Of a stretch of 64,000 bases of DNA, positions 19,802 to 30,717 are shown in pieces; the stretch's first letter is position 1, and each line of letters begins with the position of its first letter. The DNA is from Spirochaetales bacterium (GTDB taxonomy: Bacteria > Spirochaetota > Spirochaetia > SZUA-6), in contig JALUUM010000008.1 of assembly GCA_027021365.1 (NCBI GenBank), positions 2,804 to 66,803 on the forward strand, given 5' to 3'. The translations under genes were made by a program, and so were the position numbers. The notes under the pieces are model-generated. The model saw only the letters and a list, made by a program, of their open reading frames with translations, made no database searches and had not been told where the DNA came from.

Positions 19802-21169
19802 TTACCATCCGTAACGGTTGGGCCCCCATTCCCTTTTTACAGTTTTCTGCTCTGCCATGACAATTGTGTTATCTGGAACATCCTCGGTTAGAATCACTCC
19901 GGGACCTACTATACTGTACACTCCAATTTTACACCCCGGCATAATTATTGTATTTACACCGGTTCTTGAAAAATCACCCAGGAAAGTAGCATTTGAAAAA
20001 TATTTAGGGTGTTCTTTTCGACCTTTAACCCTGTGGGAAGTCTCTCCGTCATCGAATCTTAAAGTACCGCAAACAGTAGCAGCTCCGAGGTCCGTACTCT
20101 GTCCTATGATGCCGTAAAACTCCATATAATGATACAGATAAACATTTTCCATAATTATACCTTCGAATTCTGCACAGTGATTAATAACACACCTATTACC
20201 AATAGCAGAGTTATTATTTATATAGCAATAATTGCCTATATAGCAGTCACTTCCAATAACCGCATTACCGTTTATTATTGCACCATTTTCTATAATCGTA
20301 TTTTTACCGACTATAATATTGCCTTTAATCTTAACATTCTTTCCTATGTGGCTGTTTTCTCCGAGTCGAACAAAGCCTCGAAGATCAGCAGTACCATCAA
20401 TCGATGCGCCTTTCTCCAAATGATTCTCGGTTAACTCCCCACATCTAAGGTCCACAACATAATAATTAGCCATTAGTATATGCCATGGTTTGTCAATATC
20501 AAAGAATTTCCTCTCCGCTTCTGCAGAGTAGACCACACCGCCATCCTCTATATAATCTTGTAATGACATTTCAATATAACTTTCTTCAGGTGGCATCATC
20601 CCCACCTGAACACTGGTGAAGATTCCTGAATTAACATCAATATATTCTAAAAACCTTTTATTAAAAGCAAAGGCACAGAATCTATGAGTTGCATCGTCCC
20701 TGGGATGTCCCAAGATGTTTTCCACTGTATTTTCGTGTAAGTTACAGCAGATCCAGTCTCTGCTCGGCTCATTCTTTAATGGCTCAACAAGTACCGATAT
20801 TCCTTTTTCTCTATACAGCCTAATTAGCTTTGCTATATCTTCCTTTTCAATATAGGTATCGCCATACAAAACCAAAAAGTCATCATCTTCGATAAACTCT
20901 GAAATCCTTGATAGGGTATCTGCCGTTCCCGATGTACTCCCTGTTTTTATGATCTGTAAAGAACTTTCTAACCGGAAATAATTCTCTATCTGCTCACCAA
21001 GGTTTCCGGCCGCAATTATGATATTTTCAAATCCCATCTCTTTAAGGGTAATTATCAGGTATTCTATTATCGGCTTGTTGGCCAAGGGTATCATAACTTT
21101 GGGTCTTATAACAGAATATGGCCATATCTTCGAGCCTATACCTGCGGCAAGAATAACAGCTGTTTTCAT
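19802..21169 (-). CDS. GlmU-like sugar-1-phosphate nucleotidyltransferase/acetyltransferase
   Basis: VILAAGIGSKIWP..RPKVMIP, YGD, DIDKPW, C-terminal hexapeptide left-handed beta-helix. Confidence 0.85.
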   Translation of the reverse strand: MKTAVILAAGIGSKIWPYSVIRPKVMIPLANKPIIEYLIITLKEMGFENIIIAAGNLGEQIENYFRLESSLQIIKTGSTSGTADTLSRISEFIEDDDFLVLYGDTYIEKEDIAKLIRLYREKGISVLVEPLKNEPSRDWICCNLHENTVENILGHPRDDATHRFCAFAFNKRFLEYIDVNSGIFTSVQVGMMPPEESYIEMSLQDYIEDGGVVYSAEAERKFFDIDKPWHILMANYYVVDLRCGELTENHLEKGASIDGTADLRGFVRLGENSHIGKNVKIKGNIIVGKNTIIENGAIINGNAVIGSDCYIGNYCYINNNSAIGNRCVINHCAEFEGIIMENVYLYHYMEFYGIIGQSTDLGAATVCGTLRFDDGETSHRVKGRKEHPKYFSNATFLGDFSRTGVNTIIMPGCKIGVYSIVGPGVILTEDVPDNTIVMAEQKTVKREWGPNRYGW

Positions 21170-21236
21170 TTCTAATCTCCCGTAAAAATATCATTAAAAT
21201 CCATTTATCTACACCACTTCATCCAAAGGACAGGAT

Positions 21237-22373
21237 CTAGGGATTATCCAGCCAGTAATCTCTCACTATGCTTCCTGCACCAAGGAGAGGTCCGCTTTCA
21301 AGGTGATTGGACAAACGAAAATGTAGGTTTTTCTTAAGATCCTCGATTAGGTATTTTTTCGTTTCTGATTCTAGTGCTTCGATAAATCTTTTACCGAATA
21401 TTTTGTATTTACCTCCTAAAATTACATAATGCGGATTTAAAACACATATTATATTGGCTATCGTTTTACCTGCTATTCTTATAATATTATCAAGCTCACC
21501 CATTAAACGAGGTTCCTTATCATTAAACCTGGATTTAAGTGCATCAGGTTTTATAAGTTCATCGTTATCTTCCTTTACAAGATCAAGACGTGCTAATAAT
21601 GTTTTCCATGATACTAGATTTTCAAATTTCTCATTTCCGATAACCATCTGCCCAATTTCACCTGCAAATTCATCTGCCCCTGAATAAATACCGCCGTTTA
21701 TCGATATTGCACTTCCCACGCCTTCATCAAGGTAAAGATAGAGAATCACCTTATGATTAAAACCGGGTATAAGCTTAACTTCTGATGTTGCTGCTAATTT
21801 AACATCATGATCCAGAAGTATTGGCCCTTTGTAATATTCAGAAATAATTCTACGTGGGTTTATCTTTGTAATTTCAGGGATAAGCTTGCAGGATATCCTA
21901 TCATCTTTTGCGGAATACGGACCCGGCACAGAAACTCCGATTCCAATAGTATTCCGAAGATTTTCATTTGAAAGCACCTTCGCCTTCATAGTTTCCAAAA
22001 ATATTCTAAAATTAGTTTCATAGTTTTTTGTTTTATCAAAATGATATCGGTATGAAAATTCACTACGTAATGAAAGGTCTTTCAAGGAAAAAGAGAAATG
22101 CCGTGTTGCCATATCTATACATATTATTCTTTTGGCTTTTGGCACAAAATTGATTATATTCGGTTTCCTGCCAACGCTGGTCTGGGTATCTTTTTCTTCT
22201 TTAACTACACCTCTATTAATCAATTCCTCTACAACGGTTGTTACTGTTCCCAGACTAAGATGAAGATTTTGTGATATTGAAAGCCTGCTTATAGGAGCGT
22301 TCGTTATAATTTCATAAAAAATATTTCTCCTGTTTTGTTTTTTTATCATGTTTACATTTAATTTTTGCTTCAT
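21237..22373 (-). CDS. ROK family transcriptional repressor
   Basis: N-terminal HTH (PISRLSIS..GTVTTVVEEL..GRKP), GIGVSVPG, GVGSAI, AGEIGQ. Confidence 0.9.
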   Translation of the reverse strand: MKQKLNVNMIKKQNRRNIFYEIITNAPISRLSISQNLHLSLGTVTTVVEELINRGVVKEEKDTQTSVGRKPNIINFVPKAKRIICIDMATRHFSFSLKDLSLRSEFSYRYHFDKTKNYETNFRIFLETMKAKVLSNENLRNTIGIGVSVPGPYSAKDDRISCKLIPEITKINPRRIISEYYKGPILLDHDVKLAATSEVKLIPGFNHKVILYLYLDEGVGSAISINGGIYSGADEFAGEIGQMVIGNEKFENLVSWKTLLARLDLVKEDNDELIKPDALKSRFNDKEPRLMGELDNIIRIAGKTIANIICVLNPHYVILGGKYKIFGKRFIEALESETKKYLIEDLKKNLHFRLSNHLESGPLLGAGSIVRDYWLDNP

Positions 22374-24103
22374 AGATAATTCTCTTGATCCTTGATATGG
22401 AAATCCCCTTCTAATACAGATTCAACAAACGGATAAAGCACATCCGCAAAAACTTTTGTTTTATCTGCCTGATAATTCTTATACAGTTCTTTTAAATTAT
22501 CAATCTTATTTTTATCGTAATCTTTAAGACAATCCACTGTTTTAACAAATAACTCTATTCCCTTTGAAAATTTATTAAGCCATGGTTCTAACTCTTTTGC
22601 AAGTTTGCCATTCTTTATCCCTTTTAGAAGCTTTTCTGAAGCCTTTAAATATTGCGAAATTGCTCTGTCAAATTCATAAAAACCTCTCTCTCTATTGCCA
22701 TAGTAATATTCAAAGATCAGATTTGTAATAATATTTTCAAGTTTAGGTGAATTAGAGGGATATATGGCTGAGTATCTTACATTATCCGCAAAAACAAGAA
22801 AATCTTCACTATCTTCCTCTCCAACGATAGATTTTATGGCATGTTCCCAGCAATTTTGTGGCTTATACTTTTCTGGATTCCATAGATAACACGCAATAGT
22901 AATAAAAGGTATTTTTGACGCTTCGGCATATTGCATACCATTGGAAATAATTCCTCTTGAACATCTGTAAAGATGCATGTCCCGGTTAAGATATGGTCCA
23001 ATATGCATTTCTTCACTCATTTCAAGGTCGTTCACCGGATAATTGTCCCAATAGAGTGGTTTATGATACGTCGATGTTCTAAAAACAGATGCATCATAAA
23101 GATTAAGTTCCCGTGAGCATATTTCAGGACCTGTCCAGAAAATATCGATTAAGGGATCCAAATTCCTGCCAAGTTTGGAGATATAGTATTCATTGCCTTT
23201 ACCGTAATACTGAGTTGGGCATACAACCAGCCTAATCTCAGAATCCATAGTTTTTAGATAGCTAAAAAGCCTGGAAATAATGTCAATGTGGGCAGAAACA
23301 AGATCTTCATATACTTTTTTATCTACTCCATGCTGTAGAATCGGTGGGATATCATCTAGGAAAAAACCAAAATTCTTTATTCCAATACTGTGAATTTGCT
23401 TTATTTTTTCGAGAAGAAGTTCAAAATCCCTTTTATCTGAATACCGGATGGACAAACCGGGACCAATACTATAAAAAAAATCAATCTCCAATACCTGTGC
23501 CCGGTTGAATAATTTTTTTAGTTTTGAAAGCGACTCAGTTGGGTACAGCACTCGCCAGAGCTTTCTGTGGTAAGGATCATCCTTTGGCCCATAAAAATAT
23601 GTGTTCATTTTGTATTGTAAGAGCAGAGAAAAAATGGCTTTTCTATCTTCATCTTTCCATGGTGGACCATAGTAGCCCTCTATTATTCCACGGATATTAA
23701 ATTTCGGATAATCCTCTAAATAGCAGTTGTACAGCTTATCTGCATTTATCATCTGCTGAAGAGTGAATAATGCATACATCAATCCCCGTTTGTGACTGAA
23801 TCTAATGTTAACAAGAGGCTCTCTATTAACAAAACTAACTTCTATTGTATATTTTTCATTTGTAAGTGAATTATTTTCTTCTATATAAGTTATATTTTCA
23901 TCATTTGTCTGATTAAGTATTAATTCTACATCACCATTACTTTCTAGCAGTTGATACCTATTAAACTTACACCATGTTCTAATAATTTTATTATATGTAT
24001 ACTCACGGGATTGATACCTAATTCTGGGTGTCTTATTAAAACGGTATGGTTTTCCCTTTATTTCTATTTTTTGGACTTCCGGATAGACTAATAATTCTTT
24101 CAT
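22370..24103 (-). CDS. GH84 beta-N-acetylglucosaminidase (O-GlcNAcase-like), cytoplasmic
   Basis: RGIIEGYYG, YGPKDDPYHR, catalytic FLDDI, CPTQY, WTG, WDNYPVND; no signal peptide. Confidence 0.9.
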   Translation of the reverse strand: MKELLVYPEVQKIEIKGKPYRFNKTPRIRYQSREYTYNKIIRTWCKFNRYQLLESNGDVELILNQTNDENITYIEENNSLTNEKYTIEVSFVNREPLVNIRFSHKRGLMYALFTLQQMINADKLYNCYLEDYPKFNIRGIIEGYYGPPWKDEDRKAIFSLLLQYKMNTYFYGPKDDPYHRKLWRVLYPTESLSKLKKLFNRAQVLEIDFFYSIGPGLSIRYSDKRDFELLLEKIKQIHSIGIKNFGFFLDDIPPILQHGVDKKVYEDLVSAHIDIISRLFSYLKTMDSEIRLVVCPTQYYGKGNEYYISKLGRNLDPLIDIFWTGPEICSRELNLYDASVFRTSTYHKPLYWDNYPVNDLEMSEEMHIGPYLNRDMHLYRCSRGIISNGMQYAEASKIPFITIACYLWNPEKYKPQNCWEHAIKSIVGEEDSEDFLVFADNVRYSAIYPSNSPKLENIITNLIFEYYYGNRERGFYEFDRAISQYLKASEKLLKGIKNGKLAKELEPWLNKFSKGIELFVKTVDCLKDYDKNKIDNLKELYKNYQADKTKVFADVLYPFVESVLEGDFHIKDQENYL

Positions 24104-24112
24104 GTAAAAAGC

Positions 24113-25318
24113 CTACAACTCATTACAGTTATTCTGTATTTTTAACACTGCTTTAGCTATTATCTCAATATCCTTTTCCTCACCTAACAAGACATTTTGA
24201 GGTATCCATACTGTTTCACGGCATGCTCTTTCTGTTTCGGGCAATTTTAGAGAGTAATAATTAATATCTTGTGTGAGAATTTGCTTAATCTTGGTATTTT
24301 TAAATATGGGTTGTTTATTAAGCTCTATATATCCGTAACCACAGGGAATACCCTCCGCATTAAGAGCTTCGATGAACCTTTTTTTTGAGATGTTTTTAAA
24401 AAATTTATTCTTAAACCTAAACATGTAAAGATGGCGAGTATGACGGGTTACACGACTATCCATTTTGAAGGTTTCTATTCCATCAATTAGATTCAATAAT
24501 TTATCCAATTTTTCAGCATTTTTCTCACGCTTTTCTATCTGCGAGTTAAGACGCTCAAGTTGAACAAGTAAAATTGCTGCCTGCCACTCTGTCATCCTGG
24601 CATTGGTAGATAATCTGTAATGTCTATACCATTCGTCATCTCGTCTTCGTCCAACATGATGAATAGACCAACAGGCATCTGCTAACTCCTTATTATTGGT
24701 GGTAATTATTCCACCCTCACCACTGGTCATGTTTTTACTTAGCTGGAAACTGAAAGTTCCTACCGTTCCTATACTACCTAATTTTTTACCTTCCCATTCT
24801 GATCCATGCGCCTGTGAAGCATCTTCTATTACATATAGATCATATGCTTCTGCGATTTTCATTATTCTGTCCATATTTGAAGGAGTTCCCGATATATGCA
24901 CAGGAATTATTGCCTTTGTTCTGGGTGTAATCGCTGCTTCTATTTTTTCAGCGTCTATGCAGTTGGTATTCGGATCTATATCTACAAAGATAGGAGTAGC
25001 ATTTACTATTAATACGGCAGTGATTGTTGCCATGAAAGTGTAGGGAGGAACAATTACTTCATCCCCATATCCAATGTTCAAAGCCCTTAACACTATTTCC
25101 AAAGCAGTCGTACCATTGGAAACAGTCTGTGCATGGCTTACATTAATGAATGTTGAAAATTTCTCTTCAAATTCAAGGACCTTTGGTCCAAGGGTCCCCC
25201 AATTTCTGCTATTAAGAACTTCAATTAGCTTCTGCTTCTCTCTATCATCATAGATTGGCCATTCCGGCCAGGGGCTTTTTTTTTCCTTCGGGCCACCATT
25301 TATTGCAAGTTTCGCCAT
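24113..25318 (-). CDS. DegT/DnrJ/EryC1/StrS PLP aminotransferase (BtrR/RifK-like)
   Basis: SNGTTAL, EDASQAHG, FSFQLSKNMTSGEGG, RMTEWQAA. Confidence 0.92.
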   Translation of the reverse strand: MAKLAINGGPKEKKSPWPEWPIYDDREKQKLIEVLNSRNWGTLGPKVLEFEEKFSTFINVSHAQTVSNGTTALEIVLRALNIGYGDEVIVPPYTFMATITAVLIVNATPIFVDIDPNTNCIDAEKIEAAITPRTKAIIPVHISGTPSNMDRIMKIAEAYDLYVIEDASQAHGSEWEGKKLGSIGTVGTFSFQLSKNMTSGEGGIITTNNKELADACWSIHHVGRRRDDEWYRHYRLSTNARMTEWQAAILLVQLERLNSQIEKREKNAEKLDKLLNLIDGIETFKMDSRVTRHTRHLYMFRFKNKFFKNISKKRFIEALNAEGIPCGYGYIELNKQPIFKNTKIKQILTQDINYYSLKLPETERACRETVWIPQNVLLGEEKDIEIIAKAVLKIQNNCNEL

Positions 25319-25353
25319 TTTAACTCCATAAAAAATTGATAAAATTCCTCATG

Positions 25354-25458
25354 ACTTTACTCCTAAAACAAAATAATGTCAATATATTTAATAAATATTA
25401 ATATAATACTTGACAAAATTACTTTAAAGTTTATAATCTCTTTAGTTTAACAAACAAG
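25354..25458. promoter_or_regulatory. Divergent sigma70-type promoters and candidate ROK operator
   Basis: Plus strand: TTGACA (25410-15), 16 nt, TATAAT (25432-37). Minus strand: TTGACA (25382-77), 17 nt, TAAAGT. Palindrome ACTTTAAAGT lies in the spacer and an XylR-like TTAGTTTAACAAAC lies just downstream. Confidence 0.65.
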
Positions 25459-25477
25459 CTCTTTAAGGAGGTCATTA

Positions 25478-26758
25478 ATGAAAAGAGTATTTCCACTATT
25501 ACTTAGCATACTCCTGGTGTTCTTTGCCGTAGGAAATATTTTTGCAAAAGGTGCACAGGAAAATGCTAAAATTACATTAAGGATAGCATCACCCTCTGAA
25601 GGTCCTGATTCAATAAAAATATACGATGCTATGATGGCTGATTTTGAAAAGAGTCATCCTGGGGTTACAGTTACATGGGATAGATCTTCCGGTGATGACT
25701 ATCAATTTCAGGGTTTGCCCTCCCTCCTCGCAAGCGATACACCACCAGATATATATTTTGAGTGGGGTGGCAATAGGGTAAAGAATCATGCAGAGGATGG
25801 TGAAGCACTAGATATTAGCACATTGGCAAATGAAGTACGTCCTAATCTGGTTTCTTCGGCATGGAGTGGTGCAGTATTTAACAATAAGACATATATGCTA
25901 CCAACAAACCAGGATGTTACAATAATGATGTGGTACAATAAAGATATTTTTTCAAAACTTAGTCTCTCCATACCGAAAACATGGGACCAATTTTTAAGCA
26001 TTTGTGCCAAGATAAAAGGTGCAGGAATTACTCCTATTCTTATGGGGAATTCAGATGCTTGGGTTGCAGGCAACTTTGTTGGGGTTTTTCTTTACCGCAT
26101 AGCAGGAGATGATATTGCGGATGAAGTTTTAAGTCTAAAGAAAGGAACAAGATTCAACAACCCGGGTTTTATTAAGGCTATGGAATACGCTTCGGAATTA
26201 GGAAAAAAAGGTTACATAAACAGGGATTTAAACACCCTTGGTTACGATCCCAGCTTTGCCCGTTTATTTGATAACTCATCTGCAATGTATCCATTAGGAA
26301 CTTGGTTTAAAACAGAAGTCATTCCCGAAAACGCGCCTGATCCTTCAAAAGCAAATTTTGACTTTTTCAATCTCCCTGCATTTCCGGATGGCAAAGGTGA
26401 CCAGACATCATATATGGGTTTAAACAACGGTTTTGTTGCTAATGCAAAAACAAAGTACAAAGAACTAGCTATAGAGTTCTTAAAACTTATGATTGATAAG
26501 AAATACCAAGTTCAATTTGCTAAAATCGGAACTTTCTCTACCGTAAAAGGAACACTGGACAAGTCGGATCCCTATATTAGCAAAGTTCTGGATCTTATGA
26601 ATAGCACCCAAACGCTGGTATCACCTCCGGATACAGGGTATAATCTGGAAATGGCAGAGTCTCTCTATGCAGCGATTGCACAGGTACTGGTGAATGCCAA
26701 GACCCCGGAGGCAGCTCTAAGTGCTGTTGACCAGAAAATAAATCATCTAAGAAAATAA
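25478..26758 (+). CDS. Carbohydrate ABC transporter solute-binding protein
   Basis: Signal peptide ending FAKGAQE; PPDIYF, WYNKDIF, PKTWDQF; AAGGAGG RBS. Confidence 0.92.
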   Translation: MKRVFPLLLSILLVFFAVGNIFAKGAQENAKITLRIASPSEGPDSIKIYDAMMADFEKSHPGVTVTWDRSSGDDYQFQGLPSLLASDTPPDIYFEWGGNRVKNHAEDGEALDISTLANEVRPNLVSSAWSGAVFNNKTYMLPTNQDVTIMMWYNKDIFSKLSLSIPKTWDQFLSICAKIKGAGITPILMGNSDAWVAGNFVGVFLYRIAGDDIADEVLSLKKGTRFNNPGFIKAMEYASELGKKGYINRDLNTLGYDPSFARLFDNSSAMYPLGTWFKTEVIPENAPDPSKANFDFFNLPAFPDGKGDQTSYMGLNNGFVANAKTKYKELAIEFLKLMIDKKYQVQFAKIGTFSTVKGTLDKSDPYISKVLDLMNSTQTLVSPPDTGYNLEMAESLYAAIAQVLVNAKTPEAALSAVDQKINHLRK

Positions 26759-26777
26759 ATAACCAAAACTAATTTAC

Positions 26778-26817
26778 GGCAGCTCTTTCGATCTGTTAAA
26801 GTTTAGAAAGAGCTGTC
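26778..26817 (+). terminator. Intercistronic stem-loop after the SBP gene (mRNA stabiliser or attenuator)
   Basis: GGCAGCTCTTTC...GAAAGAGCTGTC. Confidence 0.55.
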
Positions 26818-26848
26818 CAATTTAGTCTGATAGCAAGAGTGGTAATAA

Positions 26849-27718
26849 ATGATAGCTAAAAAGAATAGCTATATCCTATTTGCACTTCCAGCAGTGCTCC
26901 TGTTTTTGATAATCGTCGTTATTCCGTTACTTTTTACTGTACTGTTTAGTTTTACCGAATGGAGGAGATTTAACATTATAAATTTCGGCACCATGGAACA
27001 TTACATCCGCTCTACAAAAGACCCGGTATTGAGAAAAGCTTTTATCCACAATCTTATATATATTCTATTTACAATATTTTTAGAATCCGGGGTTGGCCTT
27101 ATACTTGCGGGAATAGTTATCCACTTACGTCGTTCTATCATATACAGGAGTCTCTTTTTCTCACCTATAATTCTTCCATCTATTGTTGTAGGTGTCTTGT
27201 GGCGGCAGATATATGCATACCATTCTGGGCTCTTAAATAGCATAATTGGTTTATTCGGTGGTAAGGAAATTGATTGGCTAAGCTATCCTTTTACAATGCT
27301 TTCAGTTTCTATTGTATCCGGGTGGTTATTTTCCGGTTTTTTCATGACTATTTTTTATGCCGGACTTGCAAGAATACCAGATTCTATTATTGAGTCTGCC
27401 AAACTCGACGGGGCCTCTTCTTCTAAAATATTTTTAAAAATAGAACTTCCTCTAATTAAAAACCTAATTATGCTTGCTTTGCTCATTGTTACAACCGGAG
27501 GATTTAAAGGATTTGACCTTTTCCAGATCTTGTTACGGAGAGATCCCATGGAGTCAGGTATTGTCATGCCAGTTTTTCTGGTTCGTGTATTTTTTGAAAA
27601 CCAGGATATTGGTTACGGTTCGGCAGTTTCTGTGCTTTTAACGTTTGTGGTAATTGCCATCATTATTATTATTAACTTTATCAATAAAACTTTTGTAGGA
27701 AAGGTGGAAGAATTTTGA
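26849..27718 (+). CDS. Carbohydrate ABC transporter permease
   Basis: Multiple TM helices; EAA loop IESAKLDGAS. Confidence 0.93.
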   Translation: MIAKKNSYILFALPAVLLFLIIVVIPLLFTVLFSFTEWRRFNIINFGTMEHYIRSTKDPVLRKAFIHNLIYILFTIFLESGVGLILAGIVIHLRRSIIYRSLFFSPIILPSIVVGVLWRQIYAYHSGLLNSIIGLFGGKEIDWLSYPFTMLSVSIVSGWLFSGFFMTIFYAGLARIPDSIIESAKLDGASSSKIFLKIELPLIKNLIMLALLIVTTGGFKGFDLFQILLRRDPMESGIVMPVFLVRVFFENQDIGYGSAVSVLLTFVVIAIIIIINFINKTFVGKVEEF

Positions 27719-27725
27719 TAGCGCC

Positions 27726-28580
27726 ATGAAGAGAAAGCATTATTTTTATAACAGGGAATTCTCAGGTTTTTACGGAAAGATTTTAAGCATTTTTCTGATA
27801 CTCGCCTTAATTATATATCTATTGCCTATTGTATGGATGTATATTTCTTCTGCTCGAACAAACGCGGATTTTATTAATGCTCCTTTGAAGATTCCTTCGC
27901 ATCTTTACTTTGGCAACTATGTAAAAGCATTTAAAATGGCGAAAATCGGTTACCATTTTATTATATCATCAATTATTACAACAGTTTCTGTATTCATAAT
28001 TATTGCCTTTTCTTCTCTAGCAGCCTTTTCTTTTTCTCGCTTGCAATATAAGGGGCGAGATCTTCTTTATTCATTATTTTTTCTGGGATTAATTCTTCCT
28101 ACTCAGAGTTTTTTAGTTGGTATGTTTGTTATGTTCAGGGTAACTCATATTCTTAATACCCTTTTTTCTGTTATTCTGCCTATCTCTGCTATAGGTCTTC
28201 CGATTGCTATACTTTTAATAAAGGCATTTTTTGATTCCCTACCCTCTTCTCTAGAGGAAAGTGCCCTCATAGAAGGAGCGAATGTTATCCAGATATTCTG
28301 GTATATAAGTCTGCCTATTGCAAACGCAATTATAGCCACTGTAATTGTTTTTAATACAATAAATGCCTGGAACGAATTTATGCTTCCCTTCGTAATGATA
28401 CAAACTGAAAGACTCAAACCCCTTACAACAAGTCTCTATGTTTTCTCCACAAAACACTCTGCAAAATTAACCCTTAAGCTTGCGGCACTTACAATAATTG
28501 CAACTCCCATGTTCATTGTTTATTTCGTTTTCCAAAATCAAATTCAGAAAGGAATAACTGCCGGAGCCATTAAAGATTAA
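27726..28580 (+). CDS. Carbohydrate ABC transporter permease
   Basis: EAA loop LEESALIEGA, WNEF, GITAGAIK. Confidence 0.93.
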   Translation: MKRKHYFYNREFSGFYGKILSIFLILALIIYLLPIVWMYISSARTNADFINAPLKIPSHLYFGNYVKAFKMAKIGYHFIISSIITTVSVFIIIAFSSLAAFSFSRLQYKGRDLLYSLFFLGLILPTQSFLVGMFVMFRVTHILNTLFSVILPISAIGLPIAILLIKAFFDSLPSSLEESALIEGANVIQIFWYISLPIANAIIATVIVFNTINAWNEFMLPFVMIQTERLKPLTTSLYVFSTKHSAKLTLKLAALTIIATPMFIVYFVFQNQIQKGITAGAIKD

Positions 28581-28643
28581 TGTTAATACGGAACACAGTA
28601 GGGTCGTAAAGAATGATACCCTATATAGAGAGGAGAGAATTGA

Positions 28644-29903
28644 ATGGCACACCTTGCACTGAAAGGTGGTAAACCTCTGTATAAGGGCCCCTGGCCCACC
28701 TGGCCGATTGCTAGTGAACCTGAAAAGAATATTTTAAGCAGGGTAATCGACTCCAATAAATGGTCATATAACGGAGATATGGAAAAGACCTTTAATAAAG
28801 AATGGTCGGATTTTACGGGTGCAAATTATTCTTTTTTAGTGTCAAACGGCACAGTAGCGCTTCAACTTGCGCTGGAAGCTCTTGGTATCGGATTCGGAGA
28901 TGAAGTTATTGTTCCGGGTTTAACATGGCAAGCAGATGCCGAAGTTGTCATAAATGTGAATGCAGTACCGATCCTTGTTGATATTGAAGAAGATTCCTGG
29001 TGTATAGACCCGAAAAAAGTAGAGAATGCCTTAACACCCAGGACAAAGGCGATTATTGCTGTACATCTCTTCGGAACTATCTGTGATATTGAAAAACTAA
29101 AAAGAATAGCAAACAGTAAAGGTTTATTTTTAATAGAGGATTGCTCACATCAGCATGGATCTGTTTTTAAAGACAGACACGTAGGCACCTTCGGAGATAT
29201 TGGTACATTTTCGCTTCAGAATACAAAGGTTTTAACCTGCGGGGAGGGTGGCATTATCGTTACAAATAACAGTGAAACGGCTGTTAAGCTCGATGCCTTA
29301 AGAAACTGCGGCCGCAAACCAGAGTCCATATCTTCCGACAAGAATGAAGGGTATTCAAATGAAGGAGATTTAATACAATCCGGCAACTACAGGATTACAG
29401 AGTTTCAGGCGGCTATACTATTGGAGCAGTTTAAACGATTTACTGAACAGGTCAGGATAAGGGACCGTAACGCTGCATACCTTAACAGAGAACTTACTTT
29501 AATTGAAGGGATAAAACCAATGTTAAGGCGTACAGGAACAACAGTGCAGTCCTATTATCAGTTTGCATTCAGGTATGATAGAAAGTATTTCCGTAATGTC
29601 AGTGCAGCTCTTTTTAGAAAAGCTTTAGCAAGTGAGATTGCTTTTGAATTTGATAGCCCGTACAAGCCGCTTAATGACTGGGGGCTTTACAGGCCTTTAA
29701 CTAAAAAGCGACATTATTTAAACAAAGAGTATATGAAATTAATAGACCCTTCCCGCTTTAGGCTTCCGGTATGTTCAAAGGTTTACTACGAAAGCGGTAT
29801 AACAGCCCATCATAGTTTATTGTTAGGGACCAAAGAACAGTGCAGCCTTGTTATCGAGGCAGTTAAAAAGATTAAGAAAAATAGCAATGAGCTCTTAGAA
29901 TAA
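28644..29903 (+). CDS. DegT/DnrJ/EryC1/StrS PLP aminotransferase (BtrR/StsC-like)
   Basis: SNGTVAL, EDCSHQHG, FSLQNTKVLTCGEGG, QSGNYRITEFQAA. Confidence 0.92.
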   Translation: MAHLALKGGKPLYKGPWPTWPIASEPEKNILSRVIDSNKWSYNGDMEKTFNKEWSDFTGANYSFLVSNGTVALQLALEALGIGFGDEVIVPGLTWQADAEVVINVNAVPILVDIEEDSWCIDPKKVENALTPRTKAIIAVHLFGTICDIEKLKRIANSKGLFLIEDCSHQHGSVFKDRHVGTFGDIGTFSLQNTKVLTCGEGGIIVTNNSETAVKLDALRNCGRKPESISSDKNEGYSNEGDLIQSGNYRITEFQAAILLEQFKRFTEQVRIRDRNAAYLNRELTLIEGIKPMLRRTGTTVQSYYQFAFRYDRKYFRNVSAALFRKALASEIAFEFDSPYKPLNDWGLYRPLTKKRHYLNKEYMKLIDPSRFRLPVCSKVYYESGITAHHSLLLGTKEQCSLVIEAVKKIKKNSNELLE

Positions 29904-29920
29904 AAAAGAGAGATGTAAGA

Positions 29921-30679
29921 ATGCAGATAAACGAATTAATTCCGATTCCGGTAATAGATAAATGTAAAAAACTTCTATGTATTCAGCCACACCCTGATGA
30001 TATGGATATAAGCGCAGGAGGTATTATTGCTTATCTTGCAGAAAAAGGTACGGAAATAACATATTTAACAATTACAGACGATTCATCCGGCTTTATCACT
30101 TTAAGAATACCCCATAGAAAACGAAAAAATATTAGAAAGCAAGAACAGGTAAGTGCAGGCAGAATACTGGGGGTAAAAACCTATTACTGGCTGGACTATT
30201 GTGATGCACGTGACTGGAGTCTATATAAAGTACGAAACAGAATTATAGAATATATAAGGCTTATTAAACCGGACTTTGTTCTAACTGTAGATCCCTGGCT
30301 TAGCTATGAGGCGCATAGGGATCATGTTAAATGCGGATTAGCAGTTAGTGAAGCAGTAATACTCCAGAGCCTTCCCTATATAAAAACCCACAGGAGGATA
30401 GACAAAAACTATAGCCCCTATGAGATAAAAGGGATTGCATTTTCTTTTACTGCACATCCCAATACTGTAATTAATACCAAGAAATTCAGAGAGAAAAAGT
30501 TCAAAGCTATTGCAGAACATAAATCTCAGTTTAGCAAGAATGACATTGAGTTGTTGTCTAAGTACGATGAAATACACAACAGTAAACTTGCCGAAAATTA
30601 TGACTTTGATTACGGAGAAGGTTTAAAGGTTCTAAATCCTTCCATGCTCCACTGTTTTGCAGAGGCGGAGTTGGTATAA
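29921..30679 (+). CDS. PIG-L/LmbE family N-acetyl sugar deacetylase (Dac-like)
   Basis: QPHPDD, YEAHRDH, HKSQF. Confidence 0.9.
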   Translation: MQINELIPIPVIDKCKKLLCIQPHPDDMDISAGGIIAYLAEKGTEITYLTITDDSSGFITLRIPHRKRKNIRKQEQVSAGRILGVKTYYWLDYCDARDWSLYKVRNRIIEYIRLIKPDFVLTVDPWLSYEAHRDHVKCGLAVSEAVILQSLPYIKTHRRIDKNYSPYEIKGIAFSFTAHPNTVINTKKFREKKFKAIAEHKSQFSKNDIELLSKYDEIHNSKLAENYDFDYGEGLKVLNPSMLHCFAEAELV

Positions 30680-30717
30680 GCTAAATTTCTTCTCTTTGAA
30701 ATAATATGGAGGTTTAA

